Shown here: positions 63,374 through 64,000 of the stretch, one piece after another
Layout of the letters: each line of letters opens with the position of its first letter
Position numbering within the stretch: position 1 is the stretch's first letter
Source: an uncultured Acidobacteriota bacterium
GTDB lineage: Bacteria > Acidobacteriota > Blastocatellia > RBC074
DNA length: 64,000 nt
Direction of reading: 5' to 3'
Assembly (NCBI GenBank): GCA_963796275.1
Contig: CAWCKY010000003.1
Location: 1,248,001-1,312,000 of the forward strand
Made by a program: the position numbers and the translations under genes
The notes under the pieces: model-generated
What the model was told of the DNA's origin: nothing
The model's database searches: none
The model's input: the letters and a program-made list of their open reading frames with translations, nothing else

Positions 63374-63565
63374 AAGGAGGAATTGAATGGATTATGGGAG
63401 CTGGCCAGGCTGCCTGTATAAAATTCTCTGGCGTACTCTCTGAACATTGTTTCACCTGCGTCTGAATATCTCAGAGCGAGACTGCCTGAGTCGAACTATT
63501 GTGCTAATTTTGGGGGTTGACTGTTATATTTACTAAACACCCGCTTACTTCTGACAACCTAAATA

Positions 63566-64000
63566 CTACTCATTTTCCGGTTTCAGGCAAGGATTTTTCA
63601 GTGCTTTCGCCAATCGGCGGACCCCCTCCTGAATTTTGCGTTCGCTCAGATTCGCATACCCGAAAACAAACTCATCCGATCTGGCATCGGCGAGGTAATA
63701 TGATCTCGCGCTGAGAATCCCCACGCCAGCCTCCTGTGCTCTCCGCAATACCTCATTATCATTGAATCCGGTCTTTATGCGGGCCATCAGATGTATTCCG
63801 GCATTCTCGCCGAGGATCGCCACACAGTCTCCGAAGTGTTGTTTGAGCGAACGCGTCAGAGTTTGACGCCGACGGTCATAAAGCGTGCGCATCCGTCGCA
63901 GATGCCGTTCGAGGTGCCCTTCATTAATGAAGTCAGCCAAAACGCGCTGTTCGAGCGTCGGCGTCTGGCGGTCGGTTAACCAGCGCGCGCGCACGAAGAT
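63566..64000 (-). CDS. PLP-dependent aminotransferase-like MocR/GabR regulator, C-terminal part (runs off the right edge)
   Basis: EQRVLADFI.EGHLERHLRRMR.LY, AGIHL, FGYA; frame open to the window end. Confidence 0.85.
   Translation of the reverse strand: MFVRARWLTDRQTPTLEQRVLADFINEGHLERHLRRMRTLYDRRRQTLTRSLKQHFGDCVAILGENAGIHLMARIKTGFNDNEVLRRAQEAGVGILSARSYYLADARSDEFVFGYANLSERKIQEGVRRLAKALKNPCLKPENE

Overview
This 64-kb window reads as bacterial core chromosome. Gene content and several conserved hypotheticals suggest Acidobacteriota, possibly Blastocatellia (inference). It holds about 55 CDSs: treS (cut by the left edge), msrB, a kynA-HAD-kynU tryptophan-catabolism cluster, a PEP-CTERM/XrtA-type exopolysaccharide locus, hom, ndh, icd-mdh, greA, rpe-bamD-(RomR-like regulator)-valS-nadC-birA, an RNA methyltransferase, a small insert (PDZ/GAF/PP2C phosphatase plus IS200-like Y1 transposase), comEC/comEA, tatA, ileS-lspA-lgt, a GT4-wzt pair, topA, hisA and a MocR-type regulator cut by the right edge. 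I saw no rRNA, tRNA or CRISPR array. The most unusual signals are non-coding. (1) About 16 intergenic elements are built from tandem 7-mers arranged as inverted arms, in at least five unit families. (2) Two of them sit in ~135-bp tandem duplications that copied the neighbouring gene end and stop at the hairpin edge. (3) A 218-bp MITE/REPIN-like element with 19-bp terminal inverted repeats and an AGCG target duplication is inserted in the loop of another palindrome. (4) A palindrome appears to encode the ComEA signal peptide. Protein-level highlights are a DnaD-like conserved hypothetical, a RomR-like regulator, and a frameshift separating the canonical N-terminus of the EPS tyrosine kinase from its body. 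All family calls come from motif recognition by eye; no searches were run.
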